Below are positions 9,765 through 18,950 of a stretch of 64,000 bases of DNA, in pieces. A program made the position numbers and the translations under genes. The notes beneath the pieces were generated by a model. The model did no database searches, was not told the origin of the DNA, and worked only from the letters and a program-made list of their open reading frames with translations. Within the stretch, counting starts at the first letter, position 1. Every line of letters begins with the position of its first letter. The stretch is from Candidatus Omnitrophota bacterium (GTDB taxonomy: Bacteria; Omnitrophota; Gorgyraeia; Gorgyraeales; Gorgyraeaceae): positions 592-64,591 of the forward strand of contig JAUSEX010000030.1 in assembly GCA_030649895.1 (NCBI GenBank), given 5' to 3'.

Positions 9765-10184
9765 TCATCTCAGTAAAAACACGCCTAGTATCACAAAACC
9801 TATGCCCAGGCCCTTGACAATGGTAAAGCTCTCCCCGAAAAACAAGAGCCCAAGCAAAAAAGAAACCAATGGATACGTAGCGGCAACCGGGACCATCTTA
9901 GACACTTCCCCGTGTTTCAGCGCGCTGTAAAAAAATATCTGGCCCAGGATGCTGGCGAGGATGCCTCCCATAAATAGAAATACTATTGTCCTGGGGTCCG
10001 CCTTCAAAGCCGCTTTTAAAACGCCTATATTAAAAATAGACATTACAACAGCTCCTAAAATAATCCCGGAAGAGCGCACCAGTACGCCCGATAAAGGCTC
10101 TATATTTTTAAGTCCCATCTTTTCCACTATAGGCGCTATGCCCCACACTATAGCTGCCAGTATCGCAAAATAAAAACCCTTCAT
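9765..10184 (-). CDS. Small EamA-like (DMT superfamily) membrane transporter
   Basis: Four TM helices. The likely true start is the ATG at 10184 (MKGFYF…), which sits behind the leader cassette and GGAGGG. The ORF track extends to a TTG codon at 10196. Confidence 0.5.
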   Translation of the reverse strand: MKGFYFAILAAIVWGIAPIVEKMGLKNIEPLSGVLVRSSGIILGAVVMSIFNIGVLKAALKADPRTIVFLFMGGILASILGQIFFYSALKHGEVSKMVPVAATYPLVSFLLGLLFFGESFTIVKGLGIGFVILGVFLLR

Positions 10185-10188
10185 AATA

Positions 10189-10218
10189 CCCTCCAAATTT
10201 GCGAAGCAAATTTGATCC
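10189..10218 (-). promoter_or_regulatory. Recurrent dyad leader cassette, variant with 8-3-8 arms
   Basis: Gene-sense sequence is GGATCAAATTTGCTTCGCAAATTTGGAGGGtattATG, with perfect inverted arms AAATTTGC / GCAAATTT. Confidence 0.5.
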
Positions 10219-10468
10219 GGAGACAGCGTTAAGAAATGCGAATGAATATGAGCATTTTAGCTGCCGAAGGACCTCTCGCTTAAATATTAGCTATACTATA
10301 CCAGATATTATTAGACAATTCAACAATGTCAGTTTTCTGGTTGTGCGCTATTTGAATAGTCAGGCAACGCATTAAGCAACCGCCAGTCTTGGCAGAGGCT
10401 CCTTATAGCGTTATCTAACATTGAAAGTATTACAGCCGATCTTCTGGTTGTTATGGTATAATGTTTTC

Positions 10469-11350
10469 ATGTTTAAAGCCGGAAAAGTGGCTATTATTGG
10501 AAGGCCGAATGTCGGAAAGTCCACGCTTCTGAATGTCCTGGTAAAAGAAAAGGTCTGCATTGTATCTGAAAAGCCCGAGACAACCCGTGATAATATACAA
10601 GGCATTATATCAGACAAAGAGTTCCAGGTAGTATTCGTAGACACCCCTGGCATGCACAGGCCAAAAAACCTACTCGGAAAATTAATGGTGCGTAAGGCCC
10701 AGGCCTCTCTCACGGAAACAGATTTAAATCTTGTTCTTATAGACGCGCACAGCGGCATAACAAAAGAGGACATAGAAATATTCAATCTCATGCCGGTAAA
10801 ATTAAATATCCTTATCATAAATAAAATAGACGGGATTGACAGACGACATATTCTGCCTATTATTGAAAAAGCCCGCAAATTTAATTTTAAGGAAATACTG
10901 CCTATATCAGCTTTAAAAAAAGACGGCATAGACCTTGTATTTAAAAAAATACTGGAGTACCTTCCTGAAGGTTTTCCGTTTTTTCCGGATGACCAGCTAA
11001 CTGATAAAAGCGAAAGTTTTGTAGTGCAAGAACTTATCAGAGAGAAAACCCTGGAAATAACTTATCAGGAAGTTCCTCATTCCATAGCAGTTACCGTGGA
11101 GGAGTTTCAAGAAAAAAAGGATAGGAATAATAATGATATTATCTACATAAGGGCCACTATATATTGCGAAAAAGAAAGCCAAAAAGGCATTATTATAGGA
11201 GATGGCGGTAAAATGCTTAAAAGAATAGGCGAGGTTTCACGAAAAGATATAGAGAATTTCCTGCAGAAAAAAGTCTTCCTGGATTTATGGGTCAAGGTCT
11301 ACAAAAACTGGAGAAAAGACCCGTTCGCATTAAAAAATCTTGGGTATTAA
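10469..11350 (+). CDS. era: GTPase Era
   Basis: G1 motif GRPNVGKST, G3 DTPG, G4 NKID and a C-terminal KH domain. The start is chosen at MFKAGKVAIIG. The ORF track begins earlier at 10421. Confidence 0.85.
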   Translation: MFKAGKVAIIGRPNVGKSTLLNVLVKEKVCIVSEKPETTRDNIQGIISDKEFQVVFVDTPGMHRPKNLLGKLMVRKAQASLTETDLNLVLIDAHSGITKEDIEIFNLMPVKLNILIINKIDGIDRRHILPIIEKARKFNFKEILPISALKKDGIDLVFKKILEYLPEGFPFFPDDQLTDKSESFVVQELIREKTLEITYQEVPHSIAVTVEEFQEKKDRNNNDIIYIRATIYCEKESQKGIIIGDGGKMLKRIGEVSRKDIENFLQKKVFLDLWVKVYKNWRKDPFALKNLGY

Positions 11351-11352
11351 AA

Positions 11353-12066
11353 TTACAGACCTAGAAATTGAATGGCCAATCCGCAAAGCAATATGCTCCC
11401 GCCCGCTAACGCGTGAGTATAACGCTCAAGCTTTCCCATGGGTATAAACCTAATACCGAGAGCGGAAACCATTACTATAGTGGACATCGTGGCTATCGTT
11501 ACAAATCCGAAAATTGCCGTTACCCAGAAAACCCCTGTCATGCTATTTTTTGCCGCTGGGTACATAAGAAGAGGTATTAAGGGTTCACATGGCCCGAATA
11601 CAAATATAGTAAATAACACCCATGGCGTTATATTAGCTTTGGTCTCGCTCTCATGCACATGCGCATGTTCATCCGCATGAGAATGATCATGGGTATGCGT
11701 TGCGTGATCTATGTGGATATGCGGATGCGCGTGAGGCTTATTTTTCCATGCCCTATGCAAGCCCCAGACCAGGTATGTAAATCCGAATATAACCAATAAC
11801 CAGCCTGCAATATTCCCTCTAAACGATTCCAGCGCCTGTAATTTCATCACCTCGATCCCTAAAATAATACCGATAAAACCTAAGACAACGGAACTCATAA
11901 TATGCCCTATGCCGCATAAAAAAGTTACAACAGCTGTTTTCAGCATAGGCCATTTTCTCGCTTTCGCCATCACGATAAACGGCAGATAATGGTCTGGCCC
12001 GAAAATAGTATGCATAAAACCTATTGTAGCTGCGGTAACATATAAAGCTATAAATCCATTACCCAT
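11353..12066 (-). CDS. NicO/RcnA-like metal (Ni/Co) transporter with a His-rich loop
   Basis: Six TM helices, H-x5-DH in TM1 and a central loop HAHPHIHIDHATHTHDHSHADEHAHVH. Confidence 0.45.
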   Translation of the reverse strand: MGNGFIALYVTAATIGFMHTIFGPDHYLPFIVMAKARKWPMLKTAVVTFLCGIGHIMSSVVLGFIGIILGIEVMKLQALESFRGNIAGWLLVIFGFTYLVWGLHRAWKNKPHAHPHIHIDHATHTHDHSHADEHAHVHESETKANITPWVLFTIFVFGPCEPLIPLLMYPAAKNSMTGVFWVTAIFGFVTIATMSTIVMVSALGIRFIPMGKLERYTHALAGGSILLCGLAIQFLGL

Positions 12067-12072
12067 AAAGAC

Positions 12073-12115
12073 CTCGAACAGCCGGACGAATCAACATCGT
12101 TGACCTGTCCAGCTG
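12073..12115. terminator. Nested GC-rich hairpin between two tandem minus-strand genes
   Basis: gaacagc…gctgttc outer stem with an inner tcaac-atc-gttga palindrome. Confidence 0.4.
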
Positions 12116-12121
12116 TTCTGA

Positions 12122-15100
12122 TTATGCTAAATTAATGTCTATCCTTTTCACTTTCCTATCCCTTATATCTGACGCGTATGGCGAGCCGATAATACCTTGC
12201 TGGATATCAACTTTCCTTCCGTCATCGTATTCTATGGTCATAGAACATGCCCTCGCGGAAGATTTGCCTACAGTGTCTTTCATCATTGGATTATGATAAA
12301 CTATCAGGGTTTTGCCTAAAAATTTAAACGCGTATGTATTTTTTGGAAAGCCTTTGGCTGGCTTTCTTGTAAAAAGCCATGAGGGAAGCATAGGGTTGAA
12401 TCTTAAATTTAGTTTTCCTTTTTCATTTACAAAAAACGGCTCTTTCCCAGCGCTCATTAGTAACCATATATTTAACATCTCTGCCGTAGAGCCGCTCAGG
12501 CGCGCCACAAAACCCTTGCCGCGCATCTTCGCGTCAGGGAAAACGCTGGAAACTATAAAAGATGAATTTTCAAAGATGCTTCTTCCGTACCTCTCTGGCT
12601 TCTGAAACGGTATCAAGGCATTTTTAAAATCCTCAAAAAATTCTTCATAAAGGCCTTTCTTCAATATCTCCAGGAGATACTTGTACTCCATGTGAAGAAA
12701 GATCGATTCATTTTCCAGCCACCCTGGAGTGAATATGCTGGAACGGCCAATCTCTTTAGATACATCCCCAAGAGGTTCATTGATTTTATACATCTTCAGC
12801 TTGACGTCATATATTTTTGTTTTCTTAAGAGACTTATATAAGGCCTTTGCCTTTTCAGGATCGCCTTCCACTTTCAAGGCCCTGACAGGACCTTCTAAAA
12901 ATAAAGGCAGCCTTATGCTTTTAAATGCCGTCGGCTTTACCAGGCTCACGCCTTTTACAGGATCCACCCTGTTCAACGGTTCATATTTTGTAACTTCATT
13001 TATAAAATATGTGGTATATGCCCCTTTGGCCGGGTCATATGCCTTTTTAACCGCGCTGTCTATCTTAAAAAGAAAAATATCCATTATTTCTTTTAATTCT
13101 TTGGCGCTGAATGCCCTCTCTATTCCGCTAAACCCGGATTTTATCTTTTGCCTGTATTCTTCTTTAACAGAATTAGCTTCATCCCAGTAAAAGAAATCCG
13201 AACGCCTTTCTTTTATCAGGCTCTCTATATTTTTCAAAAGGTCGTAAAGCTCTTCGGGAAGGCTAAGTTTATAACTCTCGCCCAACCCAAGCTTATCGAT
13301 AGACTCCTGCATAAATACAACCTGGCGCTTTAATTCAAAAACCTCAGGGGTTGATGAACCGCACAACCCTGGTAAACCGTTCATTGAATCGCACCATCCT
13401 GGCTTATCAGCCTCCATCTCTATGCCAATGCCTGAAGCGTCTAAAGAAGCAATCTTGTTTCCTGCCAGGCACAGCATTTTAACAAGAAGTGTTGTCCTGT
13501 AAATCTCTTCGGTGTTCCTCCCTCTGACTACATGAGGCTCTCTTTCTCTTTTTCTTATAACGCCTTCTTTCCCGCTGTCTTTTTCCAGGGAATGATACTG
13601 CCTGACCACTCCCTCTCTTACCAAAAGATATCTCTCGGACCTTGGCTTCACGCAAAATGAATTATCATAGAACGTAAATTCTTTTTTATCCAGAAGTATT
13701 TCTTTTAATCTCTCGGGGTATACCTTTAAAAAACTTTCAACAAGGTCCAGATTATAAGTCCAGTGGTCTATCCAGAAACCTTCTCCGTGTTCCGCGTCAT
13801 ACATGGCTACGCAATTCCCGGAGAGCGCCTGTAAGAAATCATGCCAGCCTGTCTTAAGTTTTATACCCAGTCTTTCCATATCCATAAAGAGCCTGCCCGG
13901 GGTAAAACCGATAGATACAAGCGGCTTTATCCTGTCTATGTCTTTTTCCTCCACCTTTCCACTGAGGCTATCCTTTAAATGCACGCCCTCTTTTAACGCA
14001 AACCTCAGGCCCTTTAAAATCAGCGGATTGTAGCCGTCTGCCTGCTGAAGGCCATAAAAATACAGTATATTAAAATCTTTTATCTCCGGGTTAAAGAATA
14101 CATCGTTCCTGCGATTCTGGTTAGTATCTCTGAAATTTCCGTCCCCTTGTGAAAAATAATTCGGCTCCAGCAGAAACCTATTATAGTCCCTTTCCAGATC
14201 TCCATGCTTCCTAGAATAAACATAAAATACGCGAGAATAATGGTTAGAACAGACTATAGGAAAGCCTCCCCTTAGGACATTGTCCAGAAATACCTGGCCG
14301 CAGTACCTGTCGTATTTTTCATCGGAACTGGCGGTGAAGATATTGTCCTCCAGGCCCTTTATAAGATTTTTATTTTCTTCCCTTTTAGCGATAAAGAAAA
14401 CCTCGTCTCTTAACCCTCGCATAGACGCATTCAGATCTTCTTTTGAACTCATATGGCCTACCAGAGAGTATAATTTAAACTCTTTCCCTGGTTTTAATTC
14501 AACCGATGCGCACGCCATTGCGCAGGGAAGCTTATTCTGCGCCATCTGCCGCCTGGAAAAACCGCATCCTTTCGCTTTTACAAAATTTACAGGATACGTG
14601 AAGTCAGTAATCTGGCCGAATATTATCTCTGGGTCTACAATAACAGGAAGCGCTTCGCATTTTGCCTTGCCTTGCGAAGAAGACGCAATGTAAAAATTTC
14701 CCTCTTTTATAAAGACCACCTCTGAGACATCCTTCGGGTCAACTTTGAGTCTGTAGAAAGGCGCGTTCTTTTCCAGGTTTTCAACCAGCATCCACGCCTC
14801 TATAGTGCGCCTCATTTTCTGCAGGAAAAAATTTGCCGTACCGTAAGGTATGATAAGCGGCGTCCCGTCCAGCATATCTAAAGACACGTTCTTTTTGGAT
14901 ATATTTTTGATCGTTACGATCCTGGCAAGGCCCGCGAAAGGCTCGTTAGGTATAGTAAAATATTCCACTCCTATCTGAAGCCCGAGTTCCGGGTTTGTCT
15001 CCTGTATCCTTAACTCGTGAGAACCAATGATCATCTTTTGCCCGGTTGAATGAAATCTATGCTGCGAATGAGGCTGAAAAGGCTCATAAAATATAGGGCT

Positions 15101-15373
15101 TTTTTTATTCTTTATTTTAATGAAGGTGCGAAAACCCTGGAGAGTGGCAAGCTGATAAGCCCTGTTTGCCGGTAGAAATTCCATCATAGAGCTGTCTTTG
15201 CCTTTTACTCCAAAACTGCAGATACCCTGGCCCCTATTGACATAGAACACCCACATTGGTATGCCGAAAAGTCCTGCTATGCCTGGTAAAAAATTAGAAA
15301 AAGCCCCTGCCTCGTGATAATTTTCTATCACAAATTCGTTATCCGGATTAATATAATACTTTACTTTGTCCAT
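12122..15373 (-). CDS. Very large (1083 aa) glycoside hydrolase/phosphorylase-like protein of the six-hairpin, GH94/GH36-like superfamily
   Basis: Size and a C-terminal beta-sandwich resembling the window-end GH94-like fragment. It is adjacent to a GH5 glycosidase. Exact family could not be assigned by eye. Confidence 0.35.
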   Translation of the reverse strand: MDKVKYYINPDNEFVIENYHEAGAFSNFLPGIAGLFGIPMWVFYVNRGQGICSFGVKGKDSSMMEFLPANRAYQLATLQGFRTFIKIKNKKSPIFYEPFQPHSQHRFHSTGQKMIIGSHELRIQETNPELGLQIGVEYFTIPNEPFAGLARIVTIKNISKKNVSLDMLDGTPLIIPYGTANFFLQKMRRTIEAWMLVENLEKNAPFYRLKVDPKDVSEVVFIKEGNFYIASSSQGKAKCEALPVIVDPEIIFGQITDFTYPVNFVKAKGCGFSRRQMAQNKLPCAMACASVELKPGKEFKLYSLVGHMSSKEDLNASMRGLRDEVFFIAKREENKNLIKGLEDNIFTASSDEKYDRYCGQVFLDNVLRGGFPIVCSNHYSRVFYVYSRKHGDLERDYNRFLLEPNYFSQGDGNFRDTNQNRRNDVFFNPEIKDFNILYFYGLQQADGYNPLILKGLRFALKEGVHLKDSLSGKVEEKDIDRIKPLVSIGFTPGRLFMDMERLGIKLKTGWHDFLQALSGNCVAMYDAEHGEGFWIDHWTYNLDLVESFLKVYPERLKEILLDKKEFTFYDNSFCVKPRSERYLLVREGVVRQYHSLEKDSGKEGVIRKREREPHVVRGRNTEEIYRTTLLVKMLCLAGNKIASLDASGIGIEMEADKPGWCDSMNGLPGLCGSSTPEVFELKRQVVFMQESIDKLGLGESYKLSLPEELYDLLKNIESLIKERRSDFFYWDEANSVKEEYRQKIKSGFSGIERAFSAKELKEIMDIFLFKIDSAVKKAYDPAKGAYTTYFINEVTKYEPLNRVDPVKGVSLVKPTAFKSIRLPLFLEGPVRALKVEGDPEKAKALYKSLKKTKIYDVKLKMYKINEPLGDVSKEIGRSSIFTPGWLENESIFLHMEYKYLLEILKKGLYEEFFEDFKNALIPFQKPERYGRSIFENSSFIVSSVFPDAKMRGKGFVARLSGSTAEMLNIWLLMSAGKEPFFVNEKGKLNLRFNPMLPSWLFTRKPAKGFPKNTYAFKFLGKTLIVYHNPMMKDTVGKSSARACSMTIEYDDGRKVDIQQGIIGSPYASDIRDRKVKRIDINLA

Positions 15374-15387
15374 GTTTGATAATTCTA

Positions 15388-16578
15388 TCAGAAGGAAGAA
15401 AACCTGGCAAGTAAATTAAGAAGCTGGTTTTCTTTTGTAAAATTAGGCGTTTTCCAGGATTCCGTTATTTCCTTTTTATGGCCTTTCCATAAGGCGTAGA
15501 AATTTTCAAAGCCATACACGGGCCCCTGGCGATTAATCCAGGCAGGATTTGCCAGATACCTATAAATTCCGTCCGGAAACACGCTATTGCCTATAGCCTT
15601 ATATGTCCAGTATGTCCAGTGAAAACCGAATTCCTTAAAACATTTTAAGGTATCCTTTACCCAACCCAGCTCTCCGTAACATCCGGGGCATCTGGAATTT
15701 ACGCCAAACTCCCCTGCAAAAATCGGAACATTCCATTTCCTGGAATAACTATAATAGCCTTCCAGCCTTTTCCTTATCCTGTTTATATCCCAGTATTCCC
15801 CCATTATGTTGCCGGGGTACTTGAGGCCTTTGTGAAGATTAAAAGTAAACTCCAGCGGATGGTAAAAATGAACGCTATAGGACAGGTTATCCGCGAAAGG
15901 CTCTCCTATATGCTCCAGGACCTGGGACCATATGTTGCCTTCCAAAAATATTATATGATTTTTATCTATGTCTCTTATACGTTTTACGGCTTTTATATAA
16001 AAATTGCGCAATATCTTTCCTGCATCCGCGCTCTTTATGACAGGTTCGTTCAAAATATCATATCCTGCAACTGCGGATTCAGCATTGAATTCATCCGCCA
16101 GTATTTCCCACAGCCTGAAAAACCTTTCCTGATTTTTTTTACTCGCCCACAGCTCCGCTTTCCCTTCGCTATCCGCATGCCAGTCCTCATTCTGCGAGCC
16201 AGGAGCAGCGTGCATATCTAAAATGCAGTGAATATCATATTTTTTGCACAGTTTTACAGCGTTTTTCAGGATAGTCAACCCATTTTTTTCTTCCAGCAAC
16301 CTGTAATTAAAAGGAAGTCTGACGCAGTTAAAACCCGAGGAAGAGATATCCTTGAAATCCGACTCTTGTATGAAATTATTCCTGTAAAGCTCCGCGAATC
16401 TGTCTAATTCTTTTTGGCCCCAACGTTTTTTAAACTCTCTTTTAAAAATCCTCTCGGGTATATTCCTTCCCTGAAGGATATACCCCTCCATCATAAGCCA
16501 CCCGCCAAGATTCGCGCCATGGAGGAAAATCTGCCTGCCTTCAGAATTTATGATATTTGCGTCTTTTATGGTTAGCAT
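15388..16578 (-). CDS. Glycoside hydrolase family 5 (cellulase / beta-mannanase-like)
   Basis: A catalytic NEP motif (ILNEP) within a TIM-barrel-like GH5 pattern, and a nucleophile Glu region (FAGEFG). Confidence 0.65.
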   Translation of the reverse strand: MLTIKDANIINSEGRQIFLHGANLGGWLMMEGYILQGRNIPERIFKREFKKRWGQKELDRFAELYRNNFIQESDFKDISSSGFNCVRLPFNYRLLEEKNGLTILKNAVKLCKKYDIHCILDMHAAPGSQNEDWHADSEGKAELWASKKNQERFFRLWEILADEFNAESAVAGYDILNEPVIKSADAGKILRNFYIKAVKRIRDIDKNHIIFLEGNIWSQVLEHIGEPFADNLSYSVHFYHPLEFTFNLHKGLKYPGNIMGEYWDINRIRKRLEGYYSYSRKWNVPIFAGEFGVNSRCPGCYGELGWVKDTLKCFKEFGFHWTYWTYKAIGNSVFPDGIYRYLANPAWINRQGPVYGFENFYALWKGHKKEITESWKTPNFTKENQLLNLLARFSSF

Positions 16579-16684
16579 CTGAAAAGTATCTAAAGGGACG
16601 GTTTTTTAACATACCTAAACTTCTCGACCTCGCAGGAATCCAGCTTTTGGCTGGCCACCTACGAGGTCGATTTAAAAAAGCAGT

Positions 16685-16768
16685 TTAAGCTCGTGCCCGG
16701 GAGCTAAGACTGCAGCCCTCTTTACAATGAGCCACAGGCCTTAACATATAATGAACAGTGACTTTCAT
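16685..16768 (-). CDS. Mini-ORF (27 aa, MKVTVHYMLRPVAHCKEGCSLSSRARA) carrying the leader cassette and Shine-Dalgarno
   Basis: It has a GGGAGG-N4-ATG start preceded by a half-copy of the dyad cassette. It lies in a 320-bp structured intergenic region. Confidence 0.2.
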   Translation of the reverse strand: MKVTVHYMLRPVAHCKEGCSLSSRARA

Positions 16769-16772
16769 AATG

Positions 16773-16799
16773 CCTCCCAAATTTTGCGAAGCCCGGATC
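16773..16799 (-). promoter_or_regulatory. Recurrent leader cassette, half-copy
   Basis: Gene-sense sequence is GGATCCGGGCTTCGCAAAATTTGGGAGGcattATG. Confidence 0.35.
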
Positions 16800-16901
16800 T
16801 TTTGACGAGTCTTCGCAGTGCGTCCGCCTTAAAAAAGGGCGGGACGAAACAAGCTTTGATCCCGAACCACTCGTATACTCCGGTATATGCGGCAAAGGAC
16901 C

Positions 16902-17531
16902 TCACTTAAATATAAACCCTGTCTCCTTGGACCAGAACAAAAGGTCCAGCTCGTCCATGGGTATCTTTATTTTATCACAAAAATCCTTTAATTTACTTTC
17001 TATCCTGAGATATTCTTTTTTAGTCAGGGATTTTGGTATTTCTTTTATCACGCCGTAAGCCTTTAAATTTTTCAGCACATGCACGTCCAGTATTGCCAGG
17101 TTTTTCCCGAATCCTATATTCCTTAAAAAATGGCTAGCCTCTTTATAGCCTATGCCCTTTATATTTTCAACAAACCATTCCCTGGTCTTTAATATATCTT
17201 TTCCGTCTATATGATCCTTTATCCGTAAACAGCCGTTCTTTTTAAACAAATCCCTGGCACTTACAATAAACTCCGCCTTCTTATTCAGGAATCTTGCAGC
17301 CTTCAGGTGCGGGCTTATAGCTTTTGGATGGCCGTCAAAAAGAAGGCCTGTCTTTTTTAACTCTTTTATGGCCTTATCGCACTCCACTGCCTCTGCCTGA
17401 GGAGTCAACAAACAAAAACAAAGCTCTGAAAAAACGTGTTTATCGTCTTTTTTGTAACTACACTCGAAATCTCTGAGTCTATTTTTAATTAACTCTTTAT
17501 TTTTCTTATAATGTTTCTTTAATTCTTTCAT
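16902..17531 (-). CDS. 8-oxoguanine DNA glycosylase, archaeal/Ogg2 type
   Basis: Roughly 209-aa HhH-GPD protein with the Ogg2-like pattern (…GIGYKEASHFLRNIG…ILDVH). Confidence 0.6.
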   Translation of the reverse strand: MKELKKHYKKNKELIKNRLRDFECSYKKDDKHVFSELCFCLLTPQAEAVECDKAIKELKKTGLLFDGHPKAISPHLKAARFLNKKAEFIVSARDLFKKNGCLRIKDHIDGKDILKTREWFVENIKGIGYKEASHFLRNIGFGKNLAILDVHVLKNLKAYGVIKEIPKSLTKKEYLRIESKLKDFCDKIKIPMDELDLLFWSKETGFIFK

Positions 17532-17761
17532 ATCCCAAGGGCTTTTGATATAGCGTCTTTATCGAAACCCACTATTATCTGGCCGTCTATATTCAAGACA
17601 GGCACTCCCATCTGGTCCGAGAGATCCACCATCTCTTGACTGGCCTTGCGATCTATGCCCACGTCTATATTTTCGAACTGTATATTATTTTTCTTTAAAA
17701 ATTCTTTAGTCATCGCGCAATAAGAGCAGGTGGAAGTGGAATATACTTTAACCTTAGGCAT
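17528..17761 (-). CDS. Glutaredoxin-like (NrdH/Grx) small redox protein
   Basis: CSYC active site and a thioredoxin fold of about 77 aa. ATGA overlap with the ogg gene. Confidence 0.75.
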   Translation of the reverse strand: MPKVKVYSTSTCSYCAMTKEFLKKNNIQFENIDVGIDRKASQEMVDLSDQMGVPVLNIDGQIIVGFDKDAISKALGI

Positions 17762-17771
17762 AACGCGCCTC

Positions 17772-18341
17772 CTATTTTGATAATGCTAGTCCCGCTCCCA
17801 GACTAAAAGCCTTTTTCAAATAGCCAGGATGACCAAGTATATCGCCTTTGGCCTCTACAGCCGGACAAAAAAGTTCATATTTGTAATTCACGTTAATGGT
17901 TGCAAAAAAATTCCTGGCTACTTTCTTGGAGTCTTCAAAAAAATCTTTACGCTTAGATCCTTCCACGGAAATAAACGCCCCTGGCATTTTTTTATAGCCG
18001 TTATCTTTTTTCAATATATATTTAGCACGCCACGCGCACTGAAACCTGTCTATCATCATTTTTGACTGGGCGCTGAGGCTCCCGAAGAATACAGGCGAAG
18101 CAAGCACAATAGCGTCAGCCTCTTTTATTTTTTTATACACCGCCTGCATATCGTCATTCACCAGGCATCCGCCGTCATCAGCCATTTTTTCACACTCCTG
18201 GCATGGTACAAATTTCAATTTATTAAGGATGATCTTTTCCGTATCAGCGCCCTTGCTCCCGGCTCCCTGTAAAACCTTATCCAGGAGCAGGTCTATATTG
18301 CCTTCGATTCTAGGGCTGGCGTTTATGCCTAAGATTCTCAT
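17772..18341 (-). CDS. Iron-sulfur flavoprotein / NADPH-dependent FMN reductase family
   Basis: MRILGINASPR… flavodoxin-like N-terminus with a Cys cluster (CQECEK…GGC). The start is chosen at 18341 behind a GGAGG. Confidence 0.6.
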   Translation of the reverse strand: MRILGINASPRIEGNIDLLLDKVLQGAGSKGADTEKIILNKLKFVPCQECEKMADDGGCLVNDDMQAVYKKIKEADAIVLASPVFFGSLSAQSKMMIDRFQCAWRAKYILKKDNGYKKMPGAFISVEGSKRKDFFEDSKKVARNFFATINVNYKYELFCPAVEAKGDILGHPGYLKKAFSLGAGLALSK

Positions 18342-18377
18342 ATTAAGCGCCTCCGCCGCGCATAAAAACATCTCAAC

Positions 18378-18950
18378 CTAATAATTCTCCGCTATTACTT
18401 CGTAATACGCTTTAGGGTGCGCGCACGCAGGGCATTTATCGGGCGCTTCATTGCCTTCATGAATATAACCGCAATTGCGGCATCTCCATTTTACCGCCTT
18501 GTCTTTCTTAAAAACTGTTTTATCTTTCACGTTCTTCCAGAGTTTTCTGTATCTTGCCTCGTGCCCTGCCTCAACCTCTGCAATTTCTTTAAATTGATCC
18601 GCTGCTTCTATCAGCCCCTCTTTGCTGGCAATAGCTTCAAAATCTTTATATATCCTTGTCCATTCCATATTCTCGCCGTCAGCAGCCGCTTTAAGATTAT
18701 CCAGGGTAGCCCCGATGACGCCTGCGGGATAAGAAGCCACGATTTCCACGTCTCCGCCTTCTAGTAATCTGAAGAATCTCTTTGCGTGCTCTTTTTCATT
18801 GTCAGCTGTATCTAAAAATATAGCTGATATCTGCTCATAGCCTTCTTTTTTCGCCGCGCCGGCAAAATATGTATAGCGGTTCCTCGCCTGAGATTCCCCT
18901 GCGAACGCCGCCAAGAGGTTTTTTTCCGTCTGGCTTCCTTTCATCTTCAT
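18378..18950 (-). CDS. rbr: Rubrerythrin
   Basis: Ferritin-like diiron four-helix region (E…EXXH twice) and a C-terminal rubredoxin-like CRNCGY…CPAC. Confidence 0.85.
   Translation of the reverse strand: MKMKGSQTEKNLLAAFAGESQARNRYTYFAGAAKKEGYEQISAIFLDTADNEKEHAKRFFRLLEGGDVEIVASYPAGVIGATLDNLKAAADGENMEWTRIYKDFEAIASKEGLIEAADQFKEIAEVEAGHEARYRKLWKNVKDKTVFKKDKAVKWRCRNCGYIHEGNEAPDKCPACAHPKAYYEVIAENY

Noticed and set aside
16614-16662. GC-rich hairpin considered as the terminator of the mini-ORF or GH5 gene
   Set aside because: No U/T tract follows on either strand, so a classical intrinsic terminator is unlikely. Kept only as a structural observation.
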